From contig CAUYUJ010000026.1 of NCBI GenBank assembly GCA_963575745.1, positions 620,001-671,512 on the forward strand: a stretch of 51,512 bases of DNA. The letters are read 5' to 3'. Below are positions 24,721 through 35,951 of this stretch, piece after piece. A model generated the notes under the pieces. That model made no database searches, was not told the origin of the DNA, and worked only from the letters and a program-made list of their open reading frames with translations. A program made the translations under genes and the position numbers. The first letter of the stretch is position 1. The number at the start of each line of letters is the position of its first letter. The stretch comes from Prorocentrum cordatum. Lineage: Eukaryota.

Positions 24721-26106
24721 GGGGGGGGGGAAGGGGGCCGGGGGGCGGGGGGAGGAGGGAGGGAAGGTGTATGATGATGATGATGCGAATCGATTCCGGT
24801 GATGCCGATTGTGATGATGATGAAATGATGTGATGATGTGATGGGGTAGGAGGAGGCGGAGGAAGAGGAGGATGGGGGAGGAGGAGGCGCAGGGGGAGGA
24901 GGGGAGGGAGGGGAGGGGAAAGGGGGGGCGGAGAAAAGTAGGGAGGAGGAGGAGGAGGAGGATTATGAGAAGGAGAAGGACGATGAGGAAGGAGGAGGAG
25001 GAGGAGGAGGGGGGGGGGGCGGAGGAGGAGGAGCAGGAGGAGGGGGGGGATGTGGAGGAAGAGGAGACATGGAGGAGGAAGGGGGATGTGGAGGAAGAGG
25101 AGACATGGAGGAGGAAGAGCAAGAGGGAGGCCTCCCCCGAGCGTTCCCTTTTATCCGATGTGGCCCAATGCTTGCGCGGCGTCGCAGTGCCGTTTGGCGA
25201 GCCATGCAGTCTGAACAGGAGGGGGAGAAGGAGCAGGAGAAGGAGGGGTGAGAGGATGAGGAGGACGACGAAGACGAGGGGGAGGCGGAGGAGGAGGAGG
25301 AGGAAGAGGAGGAGGAGGGAGGGGGGGAGGATGAGGATGAGGAGGAGGAGGAGAGGAGATGATGAGATTGATGAGTGTGATGTGATGATGAATGATGATA
25401 GGAGGAGGATGGAGGAGGAGGAGTAGGAGGAGGCGAGGGGGGAGGAGGAGGAGGAGGAGGGGAGAGGAGGAGGAGGAGGAGGCGTGGGGGGAGGAAAGGC
25501 AAATGAGGAGGAGGAGGAGGAGGAGAGGGAAAAGTAGGAGGAGAAGGATGGGAGGATGGCGGAAGGGGAAGGAAAAGGAGAAGGAGGAGGAGGAGGGAAA
25601 GGAGGAGGAGGGGAGGAAGGGGGCAGGGAAGGAGGAAGGGGAGAAAGGAGTGGACGACGGGGGGAGGAGGAAGAGCGGGAGGAGAGGAGGAAGAGCAGGG
25701 GGAACATGGAGGACGAGGACGAGGTGTCGTTTTCGGCCGCCTCGGGCCGCCTGGGGGTGAGGAGCGCCCAAAAGCTTTTCGAAGCACGACCGCGAAACTC
25801 GACGAATGACTGAAGTGCATTCAGCCTTCAACCTCCTCGTCCGTTGTCTGGCCGTTGCCCTGGGCGAAGCTAGAACCTAAGCGCGCGCGCAGCGCGCGCG
25901 TGGTTCTCGTGTGTGTATATATATAGTTATGTTCACACATGCAGCTGCACGTATCAAGTATGTAGATCGCTCCTCTTCTTAACGGTAGTATTAATGTTAT
26001 TAGCCTTATGATTCGTAGTAGTCTGTTTTTTCTTTTCTATTATTAATCGTAGTATTCGCATTGTTATCATTATTCGTATGATTATTATCTCCCTGTTGTG
26101 CGTTCT

Positions 26107-26139
<33 letters not shown>

Positions 26140-26279
26140 GCCCTTGGAATCTGGCGCGACCCGTGTCTCTAGATGCGTATGCCTATCTATATTTGGGTAT
26201 GTCTCTGTCTGAGAGCGGGGGCTCGATTTCAGCTGCCCGCAGCCTCCCCCCGATGGCGCGCAGTCGTTCCGATCCCGCG

Positions 26280-26700
26280 TGGCGCAGAGCGGCGTTCGCG
26301 AATTGTCTCGCGCGCGCGATCGTCTTCATATTGGGGCGCAAGATGAAAGGAGGACGTGGAGGGAGACGCTGAGGACGAGGGGAAAGCACGCTCCCTGTCC
26401 TGAACTTGTGGCGTTTGTCTATTCGCCCCCTGGGTGACGTGGAGCGGCGTTCGCGAACTATCGCGCGGGCGCGGCCGTCTTCGTTGGGCCGCAAGGGGGA
26501 GCGGGACGGGGAGGGGACACCGAGGGCGAGGGGAAGCACGTTGCCTGTTCTGGACGTGTGGCGTTTGTCTGCTGGTCCCCTGGGTGACGCAGGGCGGCGT
26601 TCGCGAATCATCGGGCGGGCGCTGTCGCCTTCCTTGGGGCGCGAGGGGAGCGGGACGGGGAAGGGTCGCTGATGGCGAGGGGAAGCACGTTCCCTGTGCT
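26280..26700 (+). repeat. Three degenerate tandem copies of a ~150-bp unit
   Basis: gcggcgttcgcgaa at ~26289, ~26443 and ~26594, each followed by gggaagcacg; tgtggcgtttgtct..ccctgggtgacg between copies. Confidence 0.7.
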
Positions 26701-26836
26701 CTGTATCGTTTCACCAGTCCCCATCCCCATCCCCACTCCCTTCGAGACCCCCACGAGATTGCCACGCGAGTTGGGGATGCACCCCTCGAAGCCCGAAGGG
26801 AACGAAGGGAACGACCCGCTGTGGATGGGGATCGGT

Positions 26837-27019
26837 TATTCCAGATTTCGTAATAAAGGGAGGGGGGTCTCATTTCGGAGGGGGGTCTCTTCCAGGCTAT
26901 CTTGGAGGGCCTGGGGGGTCTGGGGACGATGTTTTGGAGGGTTCTCCCACGGGGGAGGTCTGAAATGGCTTGTCTTGGAGGGTCCAGACCCCCTCCCTTT
27001 TATTACGAAATCTGGAGTA
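26837..27019 (-). mobile_element. TA-flanked MITE, copy 2 (inverted relative to copy 1)
   Basis: Reverse complement of 16986-17169 with a few substitutions, and TA at both ends. Confidence 0.85.
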
Positions 27020-27783
27020 AACGATACTCATCTGCTGGACCTGTGCCGTGTGCCTATTCGCCCGCACGTCCCAGGGGCTCCTCCTCGGAGAGCGGCCCTC
27101 CCGGCGGTTGCCTGCGATCTTCTTGGCCGCGACAGGCCCCTTCCGAGCCCAGCCTTCCACCCTAGGCGATGCTTAAGAGAACTTAAGTTTCGGCCAGAGT
27201 CTCGATGAGTCTTAACCTTTGAATGTAAATCCCAAGATTTTGATAGAAGTTCTGGGTTTTATTCCATTTCTGAGACTATGAATTTCTGAACCCATGATTT
27301 CTACAGCATTTCGCAGGGTGTACAGTGCGAGCGCGGTCGCAAGAAGCCGTCGCAAGAAGCCCAACCCTGAAGACCAGCGCGCGAGGTACACCCTGAGGGG
27401 AAACCCTCAGCACCCTCAACGCAGCAGCTTCTGAACGGCCGCGGGAAGTCACCGCGCAGCGCGAGAATCGAAGAAGCCCAGGGTACCCCTGGCGAAAAGC
27501 AGTTGGTTTCTTGGTGCGCGCCTCCACTGTAGCGGTCGAGCGTTTCTTTGCCCTCCCTCTCTGTCCCCGACTGCTGCCTGGAAGCTGGTGCTGCTGCGTG
27601 TTCCGTTGGGCGTCGCGTAGCGGGAGGGCGATCGGTGGGGGAGCAGCGCGGGCTGCAAAATAGAGGGCTCCAAAGGGCCCCGCAAGGGGGCCCTTTGGGG
27701 CCTCGAAAGGGGGTTCCTGGGCCCCCAAAGTGAAACTGTGCTACCCCCTAGCGATCTCGGAGGCGAGCGGGGGGGGGGGGGAA

Positions 27784-27938
27784 ATGAGAATGAGAAGGCC
27801 TTCTCAGAAGGCAGCAAAACTTCTCAGAAGGCCTCTGGCCTTCTGATCATGTTTTTTTTGTCCTCGGGGACGGCTTGGAAAACTTCTCAGAAGGCCGGAG
27901 CACTTCCGAGCCTTCTGAGAAGGCCCGCCTCTTCTCAC
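27784..27938. repeat. GCCTTCTCAGAAGGC-family inverted-repeat element
   Basis: tgagaa..ggccttctcagaaggc ... gccttctgagaaggcc..ttctca, with internal ttctcagaagg repeats. Confidence 0.6.
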
Positions 27939-30162
27939 TTCCCCCCGGGCTCGCCGCCGATGATCGCCCCCTCCGTTAAGCGACGCCCGGGTGCTGCCTG
28001 GAAGTTGCCGTCGCCTGCGCGTGGGAAGGGGATCTGTAGCGCCCGTTGCTCTGCCCCGGGCCCTCGCACTGCTCCGAGTGGCTTCGGGGTCGGCCTGCTG
28101 GCTGCTGCGCCTCCCCCTCCCGTCGCCTCCGCCCTCCCTCCTCGCCGAAGGAAGTCGGCGGCAAGCGAGGGGAGGGGAGGGGAGGGAGAAGGAGAGGGCC
28201 TTCTCACTCCAAGCCTTGGATCAGTTTTCCAGGTCGCCGGGGAAGGCCGGGGAAAGGTCTCAGAAGGCCGGGGGACTTGCGAGCCTTCCGAGGAGGCCCG
28301 CCCCGGCTCACCCCCAGGATCGCTGCCGAAGTGCAGGGGAGCTGAGCAGCCCTGCCATGTCCTCGCGCCCTGGCCGTCGTGTCAGCCTTGGCCAGCCTTC
28401 TCGACTGCCTCGGGCCCGTTCCGTCCTTAGCCTGAGGCGCCACAGGCTTCTCGGGTGAAGATGCTCCAACGCCAAAGGCTCCTCGATGTCTCCGGATGTC
28501 TCTGAAGGTCTCTGGAGCCGGCGGAAGAGAAGGAGGAGGAAGACGAAGTAGATGAAGAAGAGGAGGAGCAGGAGGAGGACTACGACTAATTACGACGACG
28601 GTGAGGGGTGTGGGGAGCGAGCGGGGGAGGAGGAGGGGTGGGAAAAGAAGGAGGGGCGAATCTTGAGGTCCGACATCGCGAAATAACAACATTACCAGAG
28701 TCCTGGACATCGTTCTGCTACATTGTCAAAGCCACATCGGTCCGTCGGGGCCCTGGGGCACGAGGCAAGGGGACAACGCCCGGCGTGAAAACAGTTTGAC
28801 GCTTGGATCTGACGGAGGAAAGGGGAAGGGGAGGAGGATGATGAGGAGGAGGAGGAGCAGGAGGGGGAGGAGGAGGAGGAGGAGGAGGAGGAGGAGGAGG
28901 AGGAGAGGCGGAGGAGGAGGAGCAGCAGGGGAGGAAGGAGTCGGAGAGAGGAGGAAGCGGTCGGGGAGAAGGAGGAGCAGAAGGAGGAGGAGAAGGAAAG
29001 GAGGAGGAGGAGGAAGCAGGAGGAGAGGAGGAGGAGGAGAGGAGGAGCAGGAGGGGGAGAGAAGAAGGGAGGCTGAGAGAGCAGGAGGAGAGGAGTAGGA
29101 GGAGGAGGAGGAGGAGGAGGAGGAGGGATGGGGGCGAGCGCTGGCAGCGAAGCAAGACGGCCTCCGCGCGCCAGACGCCCCCCCGCGGCCCGTCGCCGCC
29201 GCGGGCCGCCGCGCCCTCAGCCGCTTTGGGACAGGCACCTTCCCTCCCAGGGGTGGGGGGAGGCTCCTCCTCCCCCTCCTCCTCCGTCTCCTCCTCCTCC
29301 TCCTCCTCCTCCGCCTCCTCTTCCTCCACACTTGCACGCCAGTCGTTGGAAGTCGGTCTTTAGGGGTCATCCGGACCCCAATCGGCTTCAAGTGCCTTCC
29401 TGATTCAAGAGTCGATCTGCTTTTGCTGCTGTTGGTAATTGTTTACGCTTCGCGAGTCTCCGTCAGCCTATTCAGAAGCCCTGCCCACGAGAGCTGACGG
29501 GAAATGGAAAGCAGAGCCGCATATAGTGAAACAGAGCGGTCGAAGAGAGGAGGGGGAGGAACGTGTTGAGCCATGTTGGAGGCTATCTTGGAGCATCGCA
29601 GGCGTTCTTGGAGCTATGGGGCTGTTTGGGGGGGTCTTGGGGTCTTCTTGGGGCTCTTTTGGGGCCCTCTTGGGACCCCTCTTGGGACCCTCTTGGGGCT
29701 CTCTGGGGAGCTTCGGAGGGCTTCCTGGGGTCATCTTGGAGGCCATCGGTCAAAAGGGGGGGGGGTCCCTCATCTAGGCCCCTCCCTAAGAGCTCTCGAA
29801 ATCTCGTGGGGCGCTCTTGTGGCGATCTTGGGCGCTCTTGAGGTCGTCTTGGGGGCCGCTTGGGCCCTCCTTGGAGCTCTCTTAGGCCATCTTGGGGCCA
29901 GCTTGAGGCCTCAAAAGCGCATCGGAAGCAAATAGGCGAGAATGCCAACATCATAGATTTCCCACAGGTTGTTGGAGGATTTTGGCTTCTCGGGGAGGTC
30001 CCGAGGGGCCTGCAAAACATATCCCGGCAAAGCAACCTAACAGCGATGTGTACACGCATATCTGAAAGCATTCCCCTTAAGATTCAGGTGAGAATCCAGT
30101 TGTAGAGTTCTGTTGTTCTCACAGTCGCAGTCGCATTCGCAATGACAGTCGCAGTGGCAACG

Positions 30163-31097
30163 GCCTCAGCCTCAGCCTGCCTCAGCCTCAGCCTGCCTCA
30201 GCCTCAGCCTCAGCCTGTCTCAGCCTCAGCCTGCCTCAGCATCAGCCTCAGCCTGTCTCAGCCTGCCTCGGCTTGCCTCGGTCTCAGCCTCAGCCTGCCT
30301 CGGCCTCAGCCTTAGCCTCAGCCTGCCTCAGCCTCAGCCTCAGCCTGCCTCAGCCTCAGCCTGCATCAGCCTCAGCCTCAGCCTGCCTCAGCCGCAGCTT
30401 GCCTCAGCCTCCTAGCCTCAGCCTCAGCCTCAGCCTCAGCCTGCCTCGGCCTCAGCCTCAGCCTCAGCCTGCCTCCTCGGCCTCAGCCTCAGCCTCAGCC
30501 TCCTCAGCCTCAGCGTCAGCCTCAGCCTCAGCCTGCATCAGCCTCAGCCTCAGCCTCAGCCTGCCTCAGCCTCAGCCTGCCTCAGCCTCAGTCTCAGCCT
30601 GCCTCAGCCTCAGCCTTCCTAGCCTCCTGAGCCTGCCTCGGCCTGAGCCTCAGCCTGCCTCAGCCTCAGTCTCGGCCTCAGCCTCAGCCTCAGCCTGCCT
30701 CAGCCTCAGCGTCAGCCTCTCAGCCTTAGCCTGCATCAGCCTCAGCCTCAGCCTGCCTCAGCATCAGCCTCGGCCTCAGCCTCAGCCTGCCTCAGCCTGC
30801 CTCGGCCTAAGCCTCAGCCTCAGCCTGCCTCAGCCTCAGCGTCAGCCTCTCAGCCTTAGCCTGCATCAGCCTCAGCCTCAGCCTCAGCCTGCCTCAGCCT
30901 CAGCGTCAGCCTTTCAGCCTCAGCCTGCCTCAGCCTCAACTTCAGCCTGCCTCGGCCTCAGCCTGCGTCAGCCTCAGCCTCAGCCTGCCTCAGCCTCAGC
31001 CTGTCTCAGCCTCAGCCTCAGCCTGCGTCGGCGTGCCTCAGCCTCAGCCTCAGCCTGCCTTGGCCTCAGCCTGCCTCGGCCTCAGCCTGCCTCAGCT
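30163..31097. repeat. (CTCAGC)n / (CTGC)-interspersed hexamer satellite
   Basis: ~930 bp of gcctcagcctcagcctgcctca. Confidence 0.95.
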
Positions 31098-31305
31098 CGG
31101 GCATTCAAAATATGGCACAGGACTGGTGTTCTGGGAACACGAAGATCACGAAGTGGCCCACAGTTGGCTCCGGGCAATCAAAATATGGTACAGGAACTGT
31201 GTTCCGGGAACAGTGGCCTACAGTTGGCTCCGGGCATTCAAAATGTGGCCTGGGAATTGTGCTCTGGGAACACGAAGAACACGAAGTGGCCTACAGTTGG
31301 CTCGT
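31098..31305 (+). repeat. Three degenerate tandem repeats (~60-75 bp)
   Basis: gggcattcaaaat.tgg...gggaacac...agtggcc.acagttggctc repeated three times. Confidence 0.8.
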
Positions 31306-32265
31306 TTTGGGATCGGCGCTGTGTTCTCGTCGTTCAGAGTTGCGCTCTGGCCCCAGCGCGGACCATTCTTCGGGATCCGAGCAAGTTCTATCGTTGTCGC
31401 TCTCCTCACTTCTGCTCCTCCGCCTTCTCTTGCCCCCCCTGCTCCCCCCACGCCCTACACTCCAACCCCTGCTGCTGGTGTTCGTCCTCGTCCTCCTTCC
31501 TCCTCCCGCTTTTTCTCGCTCATCATCCTGCTCACCCGCCACCTCCTCCTGATCCACCTCCTATGTACGCGACTCCCCTTTATCCGATTGTGCATAACAC
31601 GATGGTTGTTGCTTTTGAGTTATAGGTCGACTATTACACGTCTACGAATAGAGAAACCATCAGCAACATTGGAAGGGATATATATAGAGGGAGAGATATG
31701 ACGTCAGATGTGGTGCGATCGCACCTGCTGGTCCTCCTCCATATCCTCCATCGCCCAGTAGTGCGAGCTTTCCACCTACGAAGTGACCACAGCAAGGTCG
31801 TACTAGATGTTTGACTGCAATGCCGCTCTAGCCGACGCGAAGCGGCCCCGAACGTGGCCCGACTGCTCGATCGATCGATCGATCCTTCTTCTCCTCCTTC
31901 CTTCCCCATCCTCAATGTGTCTCCTCGTCCTCCTCCGCCAGTCTGCAACGTGTGGAGCTTCGACCCCCACCCCACCCCTGCACGGGAGTCGTCCCGCATG
32001 ATGCTGCGCACTCGAGGAGCTGGAGCGGCTCCTTCGGTTCCCCGACGGGGGCACAATCTCATGTCAGGAGGGGGGAAAATGACAAAGACAGAAGCAAACG
32101 TCGATTCCCAGGACACTAGGAAATGCAGGGGAAGAGGAACGTCCAGAACATGGCGAAAAACAGTGGGAACCCTGGGATTTGTTTCTGTTTGTTTGTGTGC
32201 CCCAGGGCTCCTTCAGAGCCCGCCGACTCAGAGACGACGACGACTGCGAACTCGTCGTCGACCTA

Positions 32266-32321
<56 letters not shown>

Positions 32322-33879
32322 TGGCGACTGCGACGAGCCGGGCCTCTGCTGCAGTAGCCTCCCTGCCGACGCAAGCCGGCGGTCCCAGGCGGGGGGTTGT
32401 CCACATTCGGGAGTTGCCAAAGGTGCCCCTCGCCCTTGGCATCGCTCGGACGTGTGCGTTTTTTTCTCGGCGGGGACCATCTAGGAGCATCCTGGATCAT
32501 CGAGCAAACAAATACACGCACGAAACCGAAAAAAGACACGGGAATGGACGTCCGAGCGATGGCAAGTCGCCCAAGGTGTCTCCCAGCCTTTCGCTCCCTT
32601 TTGGAGCTCCAGGGGGCCTTCTGGCCTCGTGAGGGATGCTCTGGGGGCCGTGGTCCCGCCTTGATAATCCTGGGGGCACCTTGGGCCAGGGACACTTCTA
32701 GCATTGTGGAAGTCGATGAATGGAGAGGAAGCATGCTACCAAATACTTTCCAGATGTTTGAGCTATGTTTCAAACATGCTTTAAACATGTTAAAGCCATG
32801 TTCGAAACATTGTTTACACATGTTTTACACATTTTAACACATCTTTATTTCAATGATCGGATTGTTAGAGTGTCCATTGTCATGGCATCCACAATTCCAG
32901 CAACACTCAACTCATCCCCAGTACGAATCAACCGAACTATAAACATGTCAAATAACAACCAACTCTATACACACAGTAGGCATGTATCAGCTTGTCACAT
33001 CTACAGTAGAAGCAAATCTGAATCACACAAAAGAGATATCTGCCGAGGTCCTCGAAGATCGGTTCCCCTGGGCCGTGACCGTGAGTAAGCCGCCGCTTCG
33101 TACACGTGGCATGCCCCCAGTATCCCCTCAAAGAGGAGCAGGATGAGCAGGGAGCAGAGAGGGGAAGGAGAAAGGGCAGGATGCTGAAGGACGAGCAGGG
33201 AGCAGAAGGGAGGAGGAGAAGGAGGAGCAGAGAGGAGAAGGAGGAGCAGGGAACGCCTGAGGATGAGAAGGAGGATCAGAGTAAACCACACATGCATCAG
33301 CGATACTGCAACACACCATGCCGTCCCCAGTCCCCTCGTCATACGCATCTACGAGTTTTCCTTCCTACAGTAGGCACTTCTTTTCAGACACACTCACATT
33401 TGGGCCTGCCCTTGTGTCGAGGGCTCCGCTTTGGAAAAGGATTTGCTTGGAACACCTCTTGTGCATTGTTAACCAGGAGCGCGGGACACTGCGAGCATAC
33501 AGTTGAAGGAGGTGTCCAGCGATATTCATATTCCGGAGAAGGACTGCCTCCCATGTGGTTTATTGCAGGGGTGGACCTACACGGTATTTTGGCGATTTCG
33601 TGGCCCGTTTTCGTTTCGTTTTCGTTTTGCGGCAAAGGTGGATTGAAGACAGAACGCGGGACAACGAAAACAACACGAAAGCGAGAAACACCGTTTAGGT
33701 TCAGCCTTGTTTTCTTGATTCACAAGCTGAAGTTCGTGGTCATGAACTTCGAGGAGGAAGCCTCAAGCAGCAGCCCCATGATGAAACAACACCGCCATGG
33801 CTCTGTGCAGCGCTACGTGCCTTGTAGTTTCGTTCTTGTGCATACGATCTCTCGCGAAACTTCCACGTCGAAAGAATAG

Positions 33880-34320
33880 TCCTCCATCCCGCTTGACGCT
33901 GCACTGAATCAGCGAGCGCGCGCGGAGCGGAAGCGAGATCTCCGCTTTGAAAGCGGTCAGTCCTCAATCCTTGAAATTGATGCCAAACGTTGAGACGAAT
34001 GTGCGCGGCGCTAAGGCGAGAGCCACACTTTGTCAATTACCCCCTCCATCCGGAAAGCCAGCGAAACGTTGTCACACGACTGCTCACGGCGCTAAGCCGA
34101 GAGCTCCATTTTGAAAACGATCCGCCCTTCATCCGTGGAATTGGAACGTTCCAGATGCATGTTCGCGGCGCTAGAGCGAGAGCCGCATTTTGCAAAGCAC
34201 CTTCTCCATCCGCGAAATTGCTGCAAACTGTGAATTAAGACGAATGTGCGCGGAGATACGGCGAGAACCACATGTTGCAAGCCATCCTCCTCCATCCGTG
34301 AAGCTGTCAAACTTTCAGAT
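33880..34320 (+). repeat. Degenerate ~80-bp tandem repeat (about five copies)
   Basis: cctccatcc... gcgcggcgcta.ggcgagagcc.ca.tttg periodicity at ~33881, 33961, 34043, 34126, 34203 and 34287. Confidence 0.7.
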
Positions 34321-35068
34321 TTTGCGAGCAGAAGTGGGCAGGAAGTCTGAGGCGAAACGCCCTGCCCGCGCTGCCGACACACGTCTGGGGGTGCGTCAGG
34401 GAGGAGCCATTTAGAAGAAGAAGAAGAAGACGAATGATAAGCAGAAAAAGAAGAAGGAGGAGGAGGAGCAGGGACGGAGGAACAGGAGGTGGGAAGGGCG
34501 AGGAGGAATGTTTTGGAACGTTTTGATAAGCACAACGTGCAGAGGAAGGGGGGAAGAGGGCGGAGAGAAGAAAGCAGCACCCGCGGTGGTTGCCAAACAA
34601 ATGGCAACCACCCCCCGGCCCTTCGACCCCTCCTCAAGGAGGGTGGCGAGTGGTCGCCAAAGGTGGCGGGGTGGTTGCTGCCGAGAGCCCTCCTCCCGCA
34701 CGCTGTGCCAACGCGGCGCGACGAGGACCTCCACTGGCACTGCTGGCGCCGCAACCGCGAAGCGGGGACGCAGGAGGAGGACGAAGCACAGCAGGGGGAG
34801 CAGGCCCAGACCCCCGACGTCATGAGCTTGTCATGGCGCGACCCTCAGAGGTCTGGACCTATTCGCCGGGACCGGTTTTTCGCCCCGAGCCGTTTTTTGA
34901 CTGTCCCGAGGGCCGGGTAAGGGCCCCCGGAGGCCGAAAACATAGAAAAACCTCCCGTCGTGATTTTTTCATGACTCGAGGGGGTCTGGGGGCGCAGGAG
35001 GAAGAGACGGGGAGCAGCAGCTCGGGGGCCCGTGCCGGCAGCCCCTCTGCTTGGATGGCCGCGGCGGT

Positions 35069-35296
35069 TGCTAAGTACTTAACATACTTACTACGGTAAG
35101 TTAAGTACTTAGTAAGTAGTTAGCGGACTTAGCTAAGTACTTACCCAGTCATTACTAAGTGGCCCACTTAGTAATGATTTAGTAAGTACTTAGCTATCCA
35201 CTTATAACCAGTTAGCTAAGTGCTTAGCGCACTTAGCTAACCACTTATAACCGCTTATAGCTAGTTTGCTAAGTAGGTTATAAGTGACTTAGCGGT
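35069..35296. repeat. AT-rich array of TAAGTACTTA-like palindromic motifs (candidate subterminal repeats)
   Basis: ctaagtacttaa, ttaagtacttag, gctaagtacttac, gtaagtacttagc, gctaagtgcttagc and many half-sites in ~230 bp, immediately before the palindrome-rich gene block. Confidence 0.75.
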
Positions 35297-35951
35297 TACA
35301 TTGCACTTGTTATCCAAGGGCCATGCACAGGGAAAAAAGGTAAATCCACGCCTTGAAAGAGCTGAGTTTGTTCGTTGAGCGCTGCAGCGCTACAATTTTT
35401 GCATTTTGATTTGGAGTCGGTGTCCTGGATTTTTGCTTTAAATATGAGAGGCGCTGCAGCGCTGCCTTCGGATTTATATGAACATGAAGCGCTGCGTGCG
35501 CTGAATATGAAGCGCTGCAGCGCTGAATGTTGAGTTAAATGCATGTTTTCTAGTTGCACGTTGTTCGGATCTTCATTTTCGCCCAGCTCCGTTTGCAAGG
35601 AATTTGAATGCACATGTCAATTATGTTTTGTTGTATTCGTTGTTTTTCAATGGTCGCATTGAGCGCTGCAGCGCTCCAAATTTGATAGCACGTATGTTAC
35701 TTTGCGCTGCAGCGCAAAAAAATGGTTGTCGTCGTGATGTCGCATCGCGCTGCAGCGCGTGCGCGCTCGTGCTTCATGGGCCTCGGGCTGCAGCCCAGAT
35801 CAACATTTTTGCTCGCAAGTTGCATGTCCATGCAAGTCGATGTTCACGCGCACGCCGCGCGACAGCTTGTCTCAAGCTGCGGCCGCGCGCCGCATCCGCC
35901 GTCGCGCCCGCGGGCTCGCACGTTGCATTCGGCGCTATATATAGCGCTGGC

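Noticed and set aside
17560..25830. Many long ORFs (PKRAPRRPQ-, MYVC-, poly-E/R/S/P-type)
   Set aside because: They are products of CCAAGA repeats and microsatellites, open in several frames on both strands, with no domain-like content.
30273..31625. 450-aa ORF
   Set aside because: It is a translation of the (CTCAGC)n satellite and adjacent repeats, which lack stops by construction.
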